From IMG/VR virus record IMGVR_UViG_3300020580_000001, positions 18,781 through 82,780 of that record: a stretch of 64,000 nt of DNA; one strand, written 5' to 3'. A model generated the notes under the pieces. The model worked only from the letters and a program-made list of their open reading frames with translations. It had not been told where the DNA came from and searched no databases. Every line of letters starts with the position of its first letter. The first letter of the stretch is position 1. The stretch comes from a virus. Positions 56,643 to 63,754 of this stretch are shown here, in pieces. Both the position numbers and the translations under genes were made by a program.

Positions 56643-56714
56643 GAAGCGCCAGACGGAGCTAAGACAACATACCGTCTGTCTGGGTTGCCCAGGGCTTTAG
56701 ACTGGTGCTTCACC
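56643..56714 (+). ncRNA. structured repeat copy 1 (divergent)
   Basis: GAAGCGCCAG...CTGGTGCTTC-ACC, 72 nt, preceded by a TGACCCTTC hairpin. Confidence 0.5.
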
Positions 56715-56752
56715 TTCCCCGCGCCTCGGGGTTTCAGGGGCAGAGAACGAAA

Positions 56753-57001
56753 ATGGTAAATCATCCAAATAGAAGCAGCCAATTTAAGTCTCAACGGGAA
56801 CCTGAATTCCATCTCCAGCACTTCGGTCCTTGCGAGCCACATTGGCCTAAAGGCGGCTGGTCTATTTACCAAATCACGGGGGATGAAATAGCCCAGCGCA
56901 TCACATTCGATATAACCGGAAAGGTAGTTCGCCGCGATTCTTGGTGTGGCTATATCGGCATTTTCGAAACGTTGCCGGAAGTCATGGAGGCTATGCAATG
57001 A
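56753..57001 (+). CDS. early hypothetical protein
   Basis: Shared RBS motif; MVNHPNRS N-terminus seen in small phage proteins. Confidence 0.7.
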   Translation: MVNHPNRSSQFKSQREPEFHLQHFGPCEPHWPKGGWSIYQITGDEIAQRITFDITGKVVRRDSWCGYIGIFETLPEVMEAMQ

Positions 57002-57306
57002 CCCAGTTTCACGAAGGCCAGGATGTAGAGGTTTGGAAAGAAGTCCGCACTCGCGGAACTGACCTTCACCAAAACTACGTTCGCCGCTGGTGCAAGGCGA
57101 AGATCGTTTATGCGCTAAAAGAAACACCAAGATATCTTGTCCAATTCCCAGAGCCCAACGGCAAATATGACGTTGACGGAACCCGCGCCGTATTCGACGC
57201 GGAGCATATCCGGGCGGTAGAGCGTGACATCGGCTTGCCTGATTATGCCCTCGATGATCGCCAATGGTGCGACCGGTGGAATAGGCGGATAGGGGAAACC
57301 ACATGA
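56998..57306 (+). CDS. Tudor/Agenet-like mini-protein, paralogue 1
   Basis: MTQFHEGQDVEV..WCKAKIV..VQFP..RAVFDAEHIR. Confidence 0.7.
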   Translation: MTQFHEGQDVEVWKEVRTRGTDLHQNYVRRWCKAKIVYALKETPRYLVQFPEPNGKYDVDGTRAVFDAEHIRAVERDIGLPDYALDDRQWCDRWNRRIGETT

Positions 57307-57386
57307 CCCGCCGTTCAATCGAGTCCATCTACTTGTTGCCAACAAAAGACTGACCCTTCGACACTGGCGGTTTCGGCCGCCAGCAC

Positions 57387-57475
57387 GAAGCGCCAGAAAT
57401 GGAGCCGCACGCGAAGCCTGCAACGGCTAGCTCACATGGCTTAAATGCGCGGATAGTGGCCCGCGCCGCTTCACC
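57387..57475 (+). ncRNA. structured repeat copy 2
   Basis: GAAGCGCCAGAAATGGAGC..AATGCGCGGATA..GCCCGCGCCGCTTCACC, 89 nt. Confidence 0.65.
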
Positions 57476-57499
57476 TAAACACAACAAAAAGGAAACCTA

Positions 57500-57865
57500 A
57501 TGCGTAAAATACTTCTTGCGACACTAACATTCACGGCCTTGGCTTTTCCAGCATTGGCCAAGAATACCATGGTTATGGTTAATCTATCCGGCGTCGTCAA
57601 ATCTTCCGGCGCCAATGCAGCATCAACAATAGTTAATGTTGGGGTTGTGGATCTTATCGCGACCGGCAACCACGTTGACGTCTATAATCCTATTACTCAC
57701 TCCTTGATACCAGCCCTTAGCGGCGTTGTCGTGCCTCTTGGAACGATATCCGATATGGTGTTTAATGCTCCTGCATTTTTAACGGTTCAAGGCGCGGGTC
57801 CGTTTGCGGTAACTATCGATTACTCGACAGTTCCGCCAACTGTTGGACCGGCGGTTTCGCTCTAA
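57500..57865 (+). CDS. secreted beta-rich protein
   Basis: Signal peptide MRKILLATLTFTALAFPALA; SD AAGGA. Confidence 0.7.
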   Translation: MRKILLATLTFTALAFPALAKNTMVMVNLSGVVKSSGANAASTIVNVGVVDLIATGNHVDVYNPITHSLIPALSGVVVPLGTISDMVFNAPAFLTVQGAGPFAVTIDYSTVPPTVGPAVSL

Positions 57866-57908
57866 TTTGACATTTCTTCTGCGGACCGGTGCAAGCCAGC
57901 CCGCACGA

Positions 57909-57979
57909 GAAGCGCCAGAAATGGAGCTGTCTGCCAATGGCGGAAGAATGCGCGGATATAACGCCCGCACCGCTTCACC
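57909..57979 (+). ncRNA. structured repeat copy 3
   Basis: GAAGCGCCAGAAATGGAGC..AATGCGCGGATA..GCCCGCACCGCTTCACC, 71 nt. Confidence 0.65.
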
Positions 57980-57998
57980 TAAATCAGGAGGAATGAAC

Positions 57999-58205
57999 AT
58001 GACCCAGTTTAACGAAGGCCAAGAAGTTGAGGTCTTAACCGACCCAGCATTCCCGCGCGGGACGTTTGCATGGCGCAAGGCGAAGATCGTCGCGCCGACC
58101 ATGCACACACATCGCGAACTTTATACCGTCCAATTCCCCGACAACTCCCGCGCCGTGTTCGACGCGGCTCATATACGGAGCACACCATTCTGGAGCACAC
58201 CATGA
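57999..58205 (+). CDS. Tudor/Agenet-like mini-protein, paralogue 2
   Basis: SD AGGAGG; MTQFNEGQEVEV..WRKAKIV..VQFPD.SRAVFDAAHIR. Confidence 0.7.
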   Translation: MTQFNEGQEVEVLTDPAFPRGTFAWRKAKIVAPTMHTHRELYTVQFPDNSRAVFDAAHIRSTPFWSTP

Positions 58206-58564
58206 CCCAATTTCACAAAGGCCAGGAGGTTGAGGTTTTCAAGCCGTACTTTGACGAAACCCGCACGATTGAGGCGTCAACACGATGCGACTGGCGCGGC
58301 GCAAAAATCGTGGAGATAGGATTGCGCAGCTACCCGGTGCTGGGCAAAATGGATAGGCAATGGAAGCCTGCCAAGTTCGTTGTCCAATTCCCAGACGGCT
58401 CACGCGCCGTGTTCGATGCGGAGCATGTCCGCTTATCGAAAGAGCAAGTCGAGCAAGAGTTGGCCGACAATGGACAGCGATTCGTTGACTCGATGAGCCG
58501 CGCCAAGAAAGTCGCACACGATCTTGGCGAAGGACTCATGGGCCGCGGAAAATATGCAGACTGA
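58202..58564 (+). CDS. Tudor/Agenet-like mini-protein, paralogue 3
   Basis: MTQFHKGQEVEV..WRGAKIV..VQFPDGSRAVFDAEHVR. Confidence 0.7.
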   Translation: MTQFHKGQEVEVFKPYFDETRTIEASTRCDWRGAKIVEIGLRSYPVLGKMDRQWKPAKFVVQFPDGSRAVFDAEHVRLSKEQVEQELADNGQRFVDSMSRAKKVAHDLGEGLMGRGKYAD

Positions 58565-58616
58565 CCCTTCGGCATGTAGCGAGCCTGACCAGGCAGGCGT
58601 GAGAGCGCTACATTGC

Positions 58617-58691
58617 GAAGCGCCAGAAATGGGGCCGAGGCCTCGACAAATGCGCGGATACACCAGCGAGGATGGCCCGCGACGCTTCACC
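58617..58691 (+). ncRNA. structured repeat copy 4
   Basis: GAAGCGCCAGAAATGGGGC..AATGCGCGGATA..GCCCGCGACGCTTCACC, 75 nt. Confidence 0.65.
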
Positions 58692-58774
58692 CCACCGGAC
58701 CGCTGCAATATGCGGACACCGCATGCTGCACTGCTAGCCGCGTTGCAGCGGTCCGGAATTAAAAAGGAGGATTA

Positions 58775-58987
58775 ATGCAACAGGCAGTTACACGCCTAAA
58801 GGCCGGAACGCTCGCGGCCACCACCGAAACCATCGAGCTAAACGACGTCGAGACGGACCTGGAAAAGGCCCGCTTCGATCACCAGGCCAAGCTTTTTGCG
58901 CTCCAGCAGGAGTTCAACGGAAAGCGCGACAAGCTACGGCAGGAATACCACGAACGTGTTCAGGCAATTACGGGAGATTCAGCGTAA
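58775..58987 (+). CDS. small coiled-coil protein
   Basis: SD AAGGAGG; helical charged sequence. Confidence 0.7.
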   Translation: MQQAVTRLKAGTLAATTETIELNDVETDLEKARFDHQAKLFALQQEFNGKRDKLRQEYHERVQAITGDSA

Positions 58988-59098
58988 TTGACTGGAGATC
59001 TTTGGGTAGATTACTTGCCGCAACGCCTCATCTTATACGCCGCGGCTTTTTGTATTGGCGCAGCGTTGACGGCAATTTATTTTCTCTGGCATAATTAA
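58988..59098 (+). CDS. possible 36-aa single-TM peptide
   Basis: TTG directly after the upstream stop; MTGDLWVDYLPQRLILYAAAFCIGAALTAIYFLWHN. Confidence 0.4.
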   Translation: MTGDLWVDYLPQRLILYAAAFCIGAALTAIYFLWHN

Positions 59099-59103
59099 CT
59101 CAG

Positions 59104-59131
59104 CGGGACGACGTTCACAGCGTCGCCCCGC
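59104..59131. terminator. GC-rich hairpin at the end of the early operon
   Basis: GCGGGACGACG-TTCACAG-CGTCGCCCCGC between convergent genes. Confidence 0.5.
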
Positions 59132-59151
59132 CTATATGGCACCTACTTGAA

Positions 59152-59397
59152 TTACCGCGAAAGCTTACGAAAGTCAAACGGCTCTTTCTCAAGCCGCGCC
59201 TCGACATTCGCATCAGAAGCGCCAGCTTGTCCGAGGTAATGCGCCAATATTCCATCTTGCATACAGCCAGGACCTTCGGCTTCGATGATCTTAAGCGAAT
59301 CGCGCATGGCTAAATTGAGAATATGCCGCTCTTCTCGCGTAAGGTGCCGTGCCGCTACCATTTCAAGACCATCCATCCAATCAAGATAATAGCCCAA
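59152..59397 (-). CDS. hypothetical protein
   Basis: 81-aa ORF. Confidence 0.45.
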   Translation of the reverse strand: MGYYLDWMDGLEMVAARHLTREERHILNLAMRDSLKIIEAEGPGCMQDGILAHYLGQAGASDANVEARLEKEPFDFRKLSR

Positions 59398-59508
59398 AAT
59401 ATGTTTGAAGTCAATAACTTGTCTTGTAGTTTCTCAATCTGTGCATTATTATGAGAGATATCGGAGGCAAGTCGGTCAGTGCGATTCACAAGAGAAGTGC
59501 CAAGCGCA

Positions 59509-59781
59509 TTAAGCTCTTGCATCATGCATATGGACGCTGTTCGCGGCGCGCGCCTTCACTACATCAGATTTGGCGCGTGAAAGCACCTCTGGATTTGGGT
59601 CATCAGCGGCGACCAAGAGATATTCGCCAATGACTTTTTCATCATCGAGATAATCAGATATCTCAAAGGCCGAAAATTCGACAGTCATTGCCCGCGTTCC
59701 CTTTAGCGCTTTAGCCAATTCCTTTGCCCGTTCGATATCCCGCCTCTGAGAGCCCTTGTTCGCCTTGAAAAAGTTATTCAT
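59509..59781 (-). CDS. chimeric toxin-tail/antitoxin-head protein (HI1419/HI1420-like addiction module remnant)
   Basis: NKGSQRRDIERAKELAKAL resembles the killer C-terminus; MTVEFSAF...DYLDDE..I.EYL..A..DP.P.......DV.KAR resembles the antidote N-terminus; HTH absent. Confidence 0.6.
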   Translation of the reverse strand: MNNFFKANKGSQRRDIERAKELAKALKGTRAMTVEFSAFEISDYLDDEKVIGEYLLVAADDPNPEVLSRAKSDVVKARAANSVHMHDARA

Positions 59782-59954
59782 GAAGAAGTCGGTATATCTT
59801 GAATTAACGCTTCGCCGAGCATCCGATAAAAAATCTCAATAACTATCAACGCATCCTGCTCCTGATCACGGTCCAATTCGCTAAGCGCTGCGACGCCAGC
59901 ACGAACCATGTCGATGTTCAGCTCAATTCTATCTTCGTTTTTTAGGCATGGCAT
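59778..59954 (-). CDS. small hypothetical protein, paralogue of 60355-60600
   Basis: IELNIDMVRAGVAA...IVIEIFYRM. Confidence 0.5.
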   Translation of the reverse strand: MPCLKNEDRIELNIDMVRAGVAALSELDRDQEQDALIVIEIFYRMLGEALIQDIPTSS

Positions 59955-60354
59955 TGACACCAGTCCGGGCGCGCCAACGGTCGGCGCCGATTCATCGCTT
60001 GACCGCGACTCGCAGTCTACATATGGCGTGTGTGGTGCCAACGATATAATTGCCCAATGTTTGAATTGTGGAATCCCCGGCCCGCAACGACGGGTTACCA
60101 TGAGCCTAGCTGTAAAATTGTCCCGCGTTACCGTGGGCTTTCCGCCGCGAGCGTTGACGGCGCAGGGCTCATACCGGGGGCGGACGCGATGGACTGGTTA
60201 GAGCATCAACCAATAAACCACCAAGACGATCCTGCTGTGTTATTGGAGAAGGCAGCGGTTTTATAAACCATCCGGGGGCTCCAAGCTTTGATCGGCGATC
60301 GGGTCCTCCGTGGCTAAGGCCGACAACTTCCTGCGGGATGCAGGCATAAGGAGG

Positions 60355-60600
60355 TTACGAAGATGCTTTGGTATCCTCTGCGATATTTGGGCTCATGCCC
60401 CCAAAATATCGCCGGCGCATGGCCAAATAAACCTCTCTTACCAAATCGTGTGGAGAAAAGTAGCCAACCCCATGGGTCAGCCCGTCCACAGAAAAAGCAG
60501 CCGCAATCCCCGCCTCAATCATCTCCGGCGTGATCTCAATCTCACTTGCGGGCGCGCCAGCCTCGACATGATCGAGACATGGTAAATGTACACCAGCCAT
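60355..60600 (-). CDS. small hypothetical protein
   Basis: IEITPEMIEAGIAA...LVREVYLAM motif. Confidence 0.55.
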   Translation of the reverse strand: MAGVHLPCLDHVEAGAPASEIEITPEMIEAGIAAAFSVDGLTHGVGYFSPHDLVREVYLAMRRRYFGGMSPNIAEDTKASS

Positions 60601-60679
60601 TTGGCACCGAATCAGCATTAACAAACAAAAATCCGATCTTGACTATAAAAATAGCCTTTGGGCCCAGCGATCGGAAATG

Positions 60680-61222
60680 TCAAGAAGAATCTTGATCCAT
60701 ACGCCTTAACAATTCTACCATTGTCGAGTGTTCCACGAGCCTAGCCGCACCCGCAATCCGCGCCGCCTCTTCGTTTATGATTTTTTTTGCCTCAGTAGGG
60801 CTCACCTTAAACCATTCACCTCTAGTATTTTCTGTCTTTAAGCGATGATTAATAGACTTCTCGACAAGCTCTGCTATATTTTGATTAGGCATCCATAACG
60901 CATAATACAAATACAAATATTCCCAATGACCTATCTGTATTGTAGCTAACCTACCGTGAATATCACTTGATATCCCTATTTTAGTGTGAACCATTTCTTT
61001 TGTTGAAATTGCATAAACTGCTACGCGTCCAATACGTTTAAGGGTTCCCCTTGGATAGTCAACACTTAAAGGTTGCGACACCTCTTCTTCAAGAATTGGT
61101 AATCCAACTTTCGCAACCGCAAGTTTCTTCTCTATTGATTTACATAATGACTCACGGCGTCGCAAGATCTTCTGCCATTCGCGTCGCGTCGGCAATAGCT
61201 CCGTACCTACTTTCCAATACAT
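60680..61222 (-). CDS. GIY-YIG-like (T5orf172/MUG113) domain protein
   Basis: VYAI......KIGIS.D...RL..IQ.G, E..I...L......GEWF.V. Confidence 0.8.
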   Translation of the reverse strand: MYWKVGTELLPTRREWQKILRRRESLCKSIEKKLAVAKVGLPILEEEVSQPLSVDYPRGTLKRIGRVAVYAISTKEMVHTKIGISSDIHGRLATIQIGHWEYLYLYYALWMPNQNIAELVEKSINHRLKTENTRGEWFKVSPTEAKKIINEEAARIAGAARLVEHSTMVELLRRMDQDSS

Positions 61223-61879
61223 TCAGCCCCGCTGCCTTTTCCCACGAAAATCCGCGCCTGCGTCGTAAGTTGACCGGTATTTTTCCCCACGAAACATAAA
61301 ACCGATTCCTTCTATGTACACCCTGCCAGCCTCAAGACTATCCGGTGCCCCGGCCATCGTTGCCCTTTCCGTGAATCCCCTAATCCTCGCAGGCTTAAGC
61401 TCTGGCTCGTTTATCGATTCTATTTTAATATTTCCCCCTTGAAATTTCAAGAGAATCTTTGCTGCACTACGATCGATTCTATTGTGGATCGTCTTCTCCG
61501 TACACTGCTCACGTTGGGCCATTTTCCAGACTGGCACGCCGAAGCCCCATGCAGCCAATCGCCTAATCGAATATTCGTTTTCGGCCCGTCTTAGCCATGC
61601 CAGCCAGTCAAACACGATTTCCATCATGGAGATTGCCGCCGGCGTTGGCGTACCCTTCCAACTCGCCGGCGTGGCCCCATAGGCCGTATTAGCGTCCTGG
61701 ACAACCTTCAAAACCCATCCGCCGCCAAGTGGCCTGCGGTAGCGCGCGTCAGGATCCGGCAGCATGGATAGCGTTAGCCAGGCTTGCTTAATCGTAAGCT
61801 TGAGCTGTTCAAGATCGGCGTTCAATGACAGCCACCAAAATAATACGCCATTGCCATAGCAAGCAAGCCGAGCGACCAC
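61223..61879 (-). CDS. DUF6362-like protein, putative late-gene transcription regulator
   Basis: AW.TL..LPD, P.P.AIS.ME.V..WL.WL, G.P.WK.A....C...T...R...A; true start probably ~61825. Confidence 0.6.
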   Translation of the reverse strand: MVARLACYGNGVLFWWLSLNADLEQLKLTIKQAWLTLSMLPDPDARYRRPLGGGWVLKVVQDANTAYGATPASWKGTPTPAAISMMEIVFDWLAWLRRAENEYSIRRLAAWGFGVPVWKMAQREQCTEKTIHNRIDRSAAKILLKFQGGNIKIESINEPELKPARIRGFTERATMAGAPDSLEAGRVYIEGIGFMFRGEKYRSTYDAGADFRGKRQRG

Positions 61880-62032
61880 CCAACCAACGCGCAGCCAAAC
61901 CGTTCAGCGTTCATGCCTTTCGTTTCCTAGCTTGAGCTGTTCAAATACTAATCCATCCAGCTTTTACGAAAGTCCACATTAGATATGCTCCCATGAACAA
62001 TCCGATCACATACCAAGCGAAGCAGTCCATGA

Positions 62033-62224
62033 CTATGCCTTTCGTTTCCTTCTCCCCCGCCATTCGATTAGAACGGCCCGTGGCTGGCCGCCCTTATCCT
62101 TGGGTATCATACGACATTCAATACTCAAAGCCCCACTCCACGACCGCCGCTGTGGCCTAAACACGCCTTTCAGGATAACCCGTGCCGCCGCTTCGCGAAT
62201 GGCCACCTGATCAACGCGATTCAT
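62033..62224 (-). CDS. hypothetical protein
   Basis: Short basic ORF tiling the operon. Confidence 0.4.
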   Translation of the reverse strand: MNRVDQVAIREAAARVILKGVFRPQRRSWSGALSIECRMIPKDKGGQPRAVLIEWRGRRKRKA

Positions 62225-62390
62225 CATTTAACTATTCGCCATAGGTAACAAGACAACAATCCAATCAAAACCCCCAAAAGAAATTTTATGTTCATAGCCA
62301 AATCGCAATTGATTTGGAAAACTGGCTGGAAAGTTCCAGCCATCAGACCGAGACCAATAATAATACACCATACCGCCCATGCTTGTATCG

Positions 62391-62591
62391 TCAAGTCGCA
62401 CCCATTGGAGGTTCCGGTCGAATCACGACAATCTGAACCGGCACGGTATCCCATACAATTGACCAGCTCAACCCATCCGGAGGCCCATTTGGATATTCAA
62501 CAATCGCGCGAAATACCTCCTTGCCAGTTGATTCATCGCATTCCCAGCCACAGCGCCGGACAAATCCAAATGGTTCTAACTGTTGTGTCAT
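62391..62591 (-). CDS. hypothetical protein
   Basis: MTQQLEPFG..., ATGA overlap. Confidence 0.45.
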   Translation of the reverse strand: MTQQLEPFGFVRRCGWECDESTGKEVFRAIVEYPNGPPDGLSWSIVWDTVPVQIVVIRPEPPMGAT

Positions 62592-62703
62592 TCCACAGCT
62601 TCCTTTGGCATTACACATCCAAGCTTTGCCAGCAATTCCTTACGAACAAGAGGAAGGGCTTTTTCGTCATATCGAGCCCTGAGTTCGGTAAGGCGAGGTT
62701 CCT

Positions 62704-63588
62704 CTATGGGTTGTTCAGCGGCCAATCGATCTGGAAGTACCAGCCACGACGATGGGTCTCCGGGTGGCACATAACCGGCGGCCCTACATGTTTTGTTTTT
62801 CGATATAATTCGGCCAAGACGTTCCATTCGGGCGTTCCTTCTTCAACGAATTTTTTGGCGGGCCTTCCGTGGTTAACTGCGTGACCATTAGCCAACTCTA
62901 CATTACGCCGTGTCATCCACTCCGGTCTAAAGCCCTGCCATCCACGAGCCATCATTTCGCTAGCGGCCTGCTCGGCGTCTCCCCATTCAACGAACGCCTT
63001 TGCCAGACCCTCGGCGGAACCTTTCGTTAGTGGTTTTTTAAGAGCCTTCCTATGATCCACGATCTTAGCCGCAGTTTCGGCTGAAAGATATCTTTCCAAA
63101 ATATTGGAAACTTCTTCTTTTTTTTGTAAAACCGAAGGTTTTATTTTCTCTTTTGGAATTGGTTTAGGGTTATCCATAGCCTTATCCAGTTCCTTATCAT
63201 CACCCTTATCCGACGGAAAAATTCCTACGTTTTTACAAAGGCTTGGATTTCCTCCAAGCTTCCCATTTTTCCGTGCTGTAGCTGATTTCTTCTCGTCTCT
63301 CAACATCCGACGATTGTAGATCGCGCCATGCTGATCGCGGGAAAACACGCCGTTCAGACTCAACTCTCCAATCAACGATCGGACCTCGTCGACTCCGGCA
63401 CCGGCAATTTTGGCAATGCCTTCGGGATCGAGACCTACGCGGTTGACCGAGACGTAGCCGGTCGGGTCGTGCTGTGCCGCAATGCAAAGCATGCGCATCC
63501 ACAAACCTTGTGCAGCCAAGCTGCATGCTTTGAGAGCCATGTCTGACTCCCAATCTCTCCAGAACCAAAGTGAAGCAGTGCGGCCCAT
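62704..63588 (-). CDS. phage replication initiation protein
   Basis: F..DW..D..L..CSLAAQGLW..MLCI, EL...GVFSR...G.IY.RRM.RD, NGK.GGNP.L, HRK..KKPLT; start set at MGRT. Confidence 0.75.
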   Translation of the reverse strand: MGRTASLWFWRDWESDMALKACSLAAQGLWMRMLCIAAQHDPTGYVSVNRVGLDPEGIAKIAGAGVDEVRSLIGELSLNGVFSRDQHGAIYNRRMLRDEKKSATARKNGKLGGNPSLCKNVGIFPSDKGDDKELDKAMDNPKPIPKEKIKPSVLQKKEEVSNILERYLSAETAAKIVDHRKALKKPLTKGSAEGLAKAFVEWGDAEQAASEMMARGWQGFRPEWMTRRNVELANGHAVNHGRPAKKFVEEGTPEWNVLAELYRKTKHVGPPVMCHPETHRRGWYFQIDWPLNNP

Positions 63589-63631
63589 GAAGATTTTACT
63601 CTTCTTTGTTTCTAATCTTTCGCCAGCACAC

Positions 63632-63754
63632 TCACGACCCCCATCCAGCCCAGCACTCTTCACCGCAATCGAAACAATAATAAAAATATTCCTCAGCAAG
63701 TTCCCTATGGCAGTGCCAGCAATAAATTTCTGTCGTAACCAATAACTTATTCAT
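63632..63754 (-). CDS. 40-aa zinc-ribbon-like protein
   Basis: MNKLLVTTEIYCWHCHRELAEEYFYYCFDCGEECWAGWGS with two CxxC motifs; not in the ORF track. Confidence 0.5.
   Translation of the reverse strand: MNKLLVTTEIYCWHCHRELAEEYFYYCFDCGEECWAGWGS

Noticed and set aside
56507-57328. 273-aa minus-strand ORF
   Set aside because: Antisense to well-supported plus-strand early genes with shared RBS motifs
56998-58564. Diversity-generating retroelement TR/VR pairs
   Set aside because: No reverse transcriptase in the window; differences are non-homologous loop replacements, not adenine-specific substitutions
56371-58691. CRISPR array or canonical tRNA cluster
   Set aside because: Repeats are separated by whole genes, have internal variable segments and no cas genes are present; they lack the TTCRA T loop and a 7-nt anticodon loop
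57843-58775. ORF-track proteins sharing EAPEM...MRG (N-terminus of 57843-58205, and 58524-58775)
   Set aside because: Translations of the nucleotide repeat; the conserved blocks fall in different frames in other copies and the real starts have their own SD sequences
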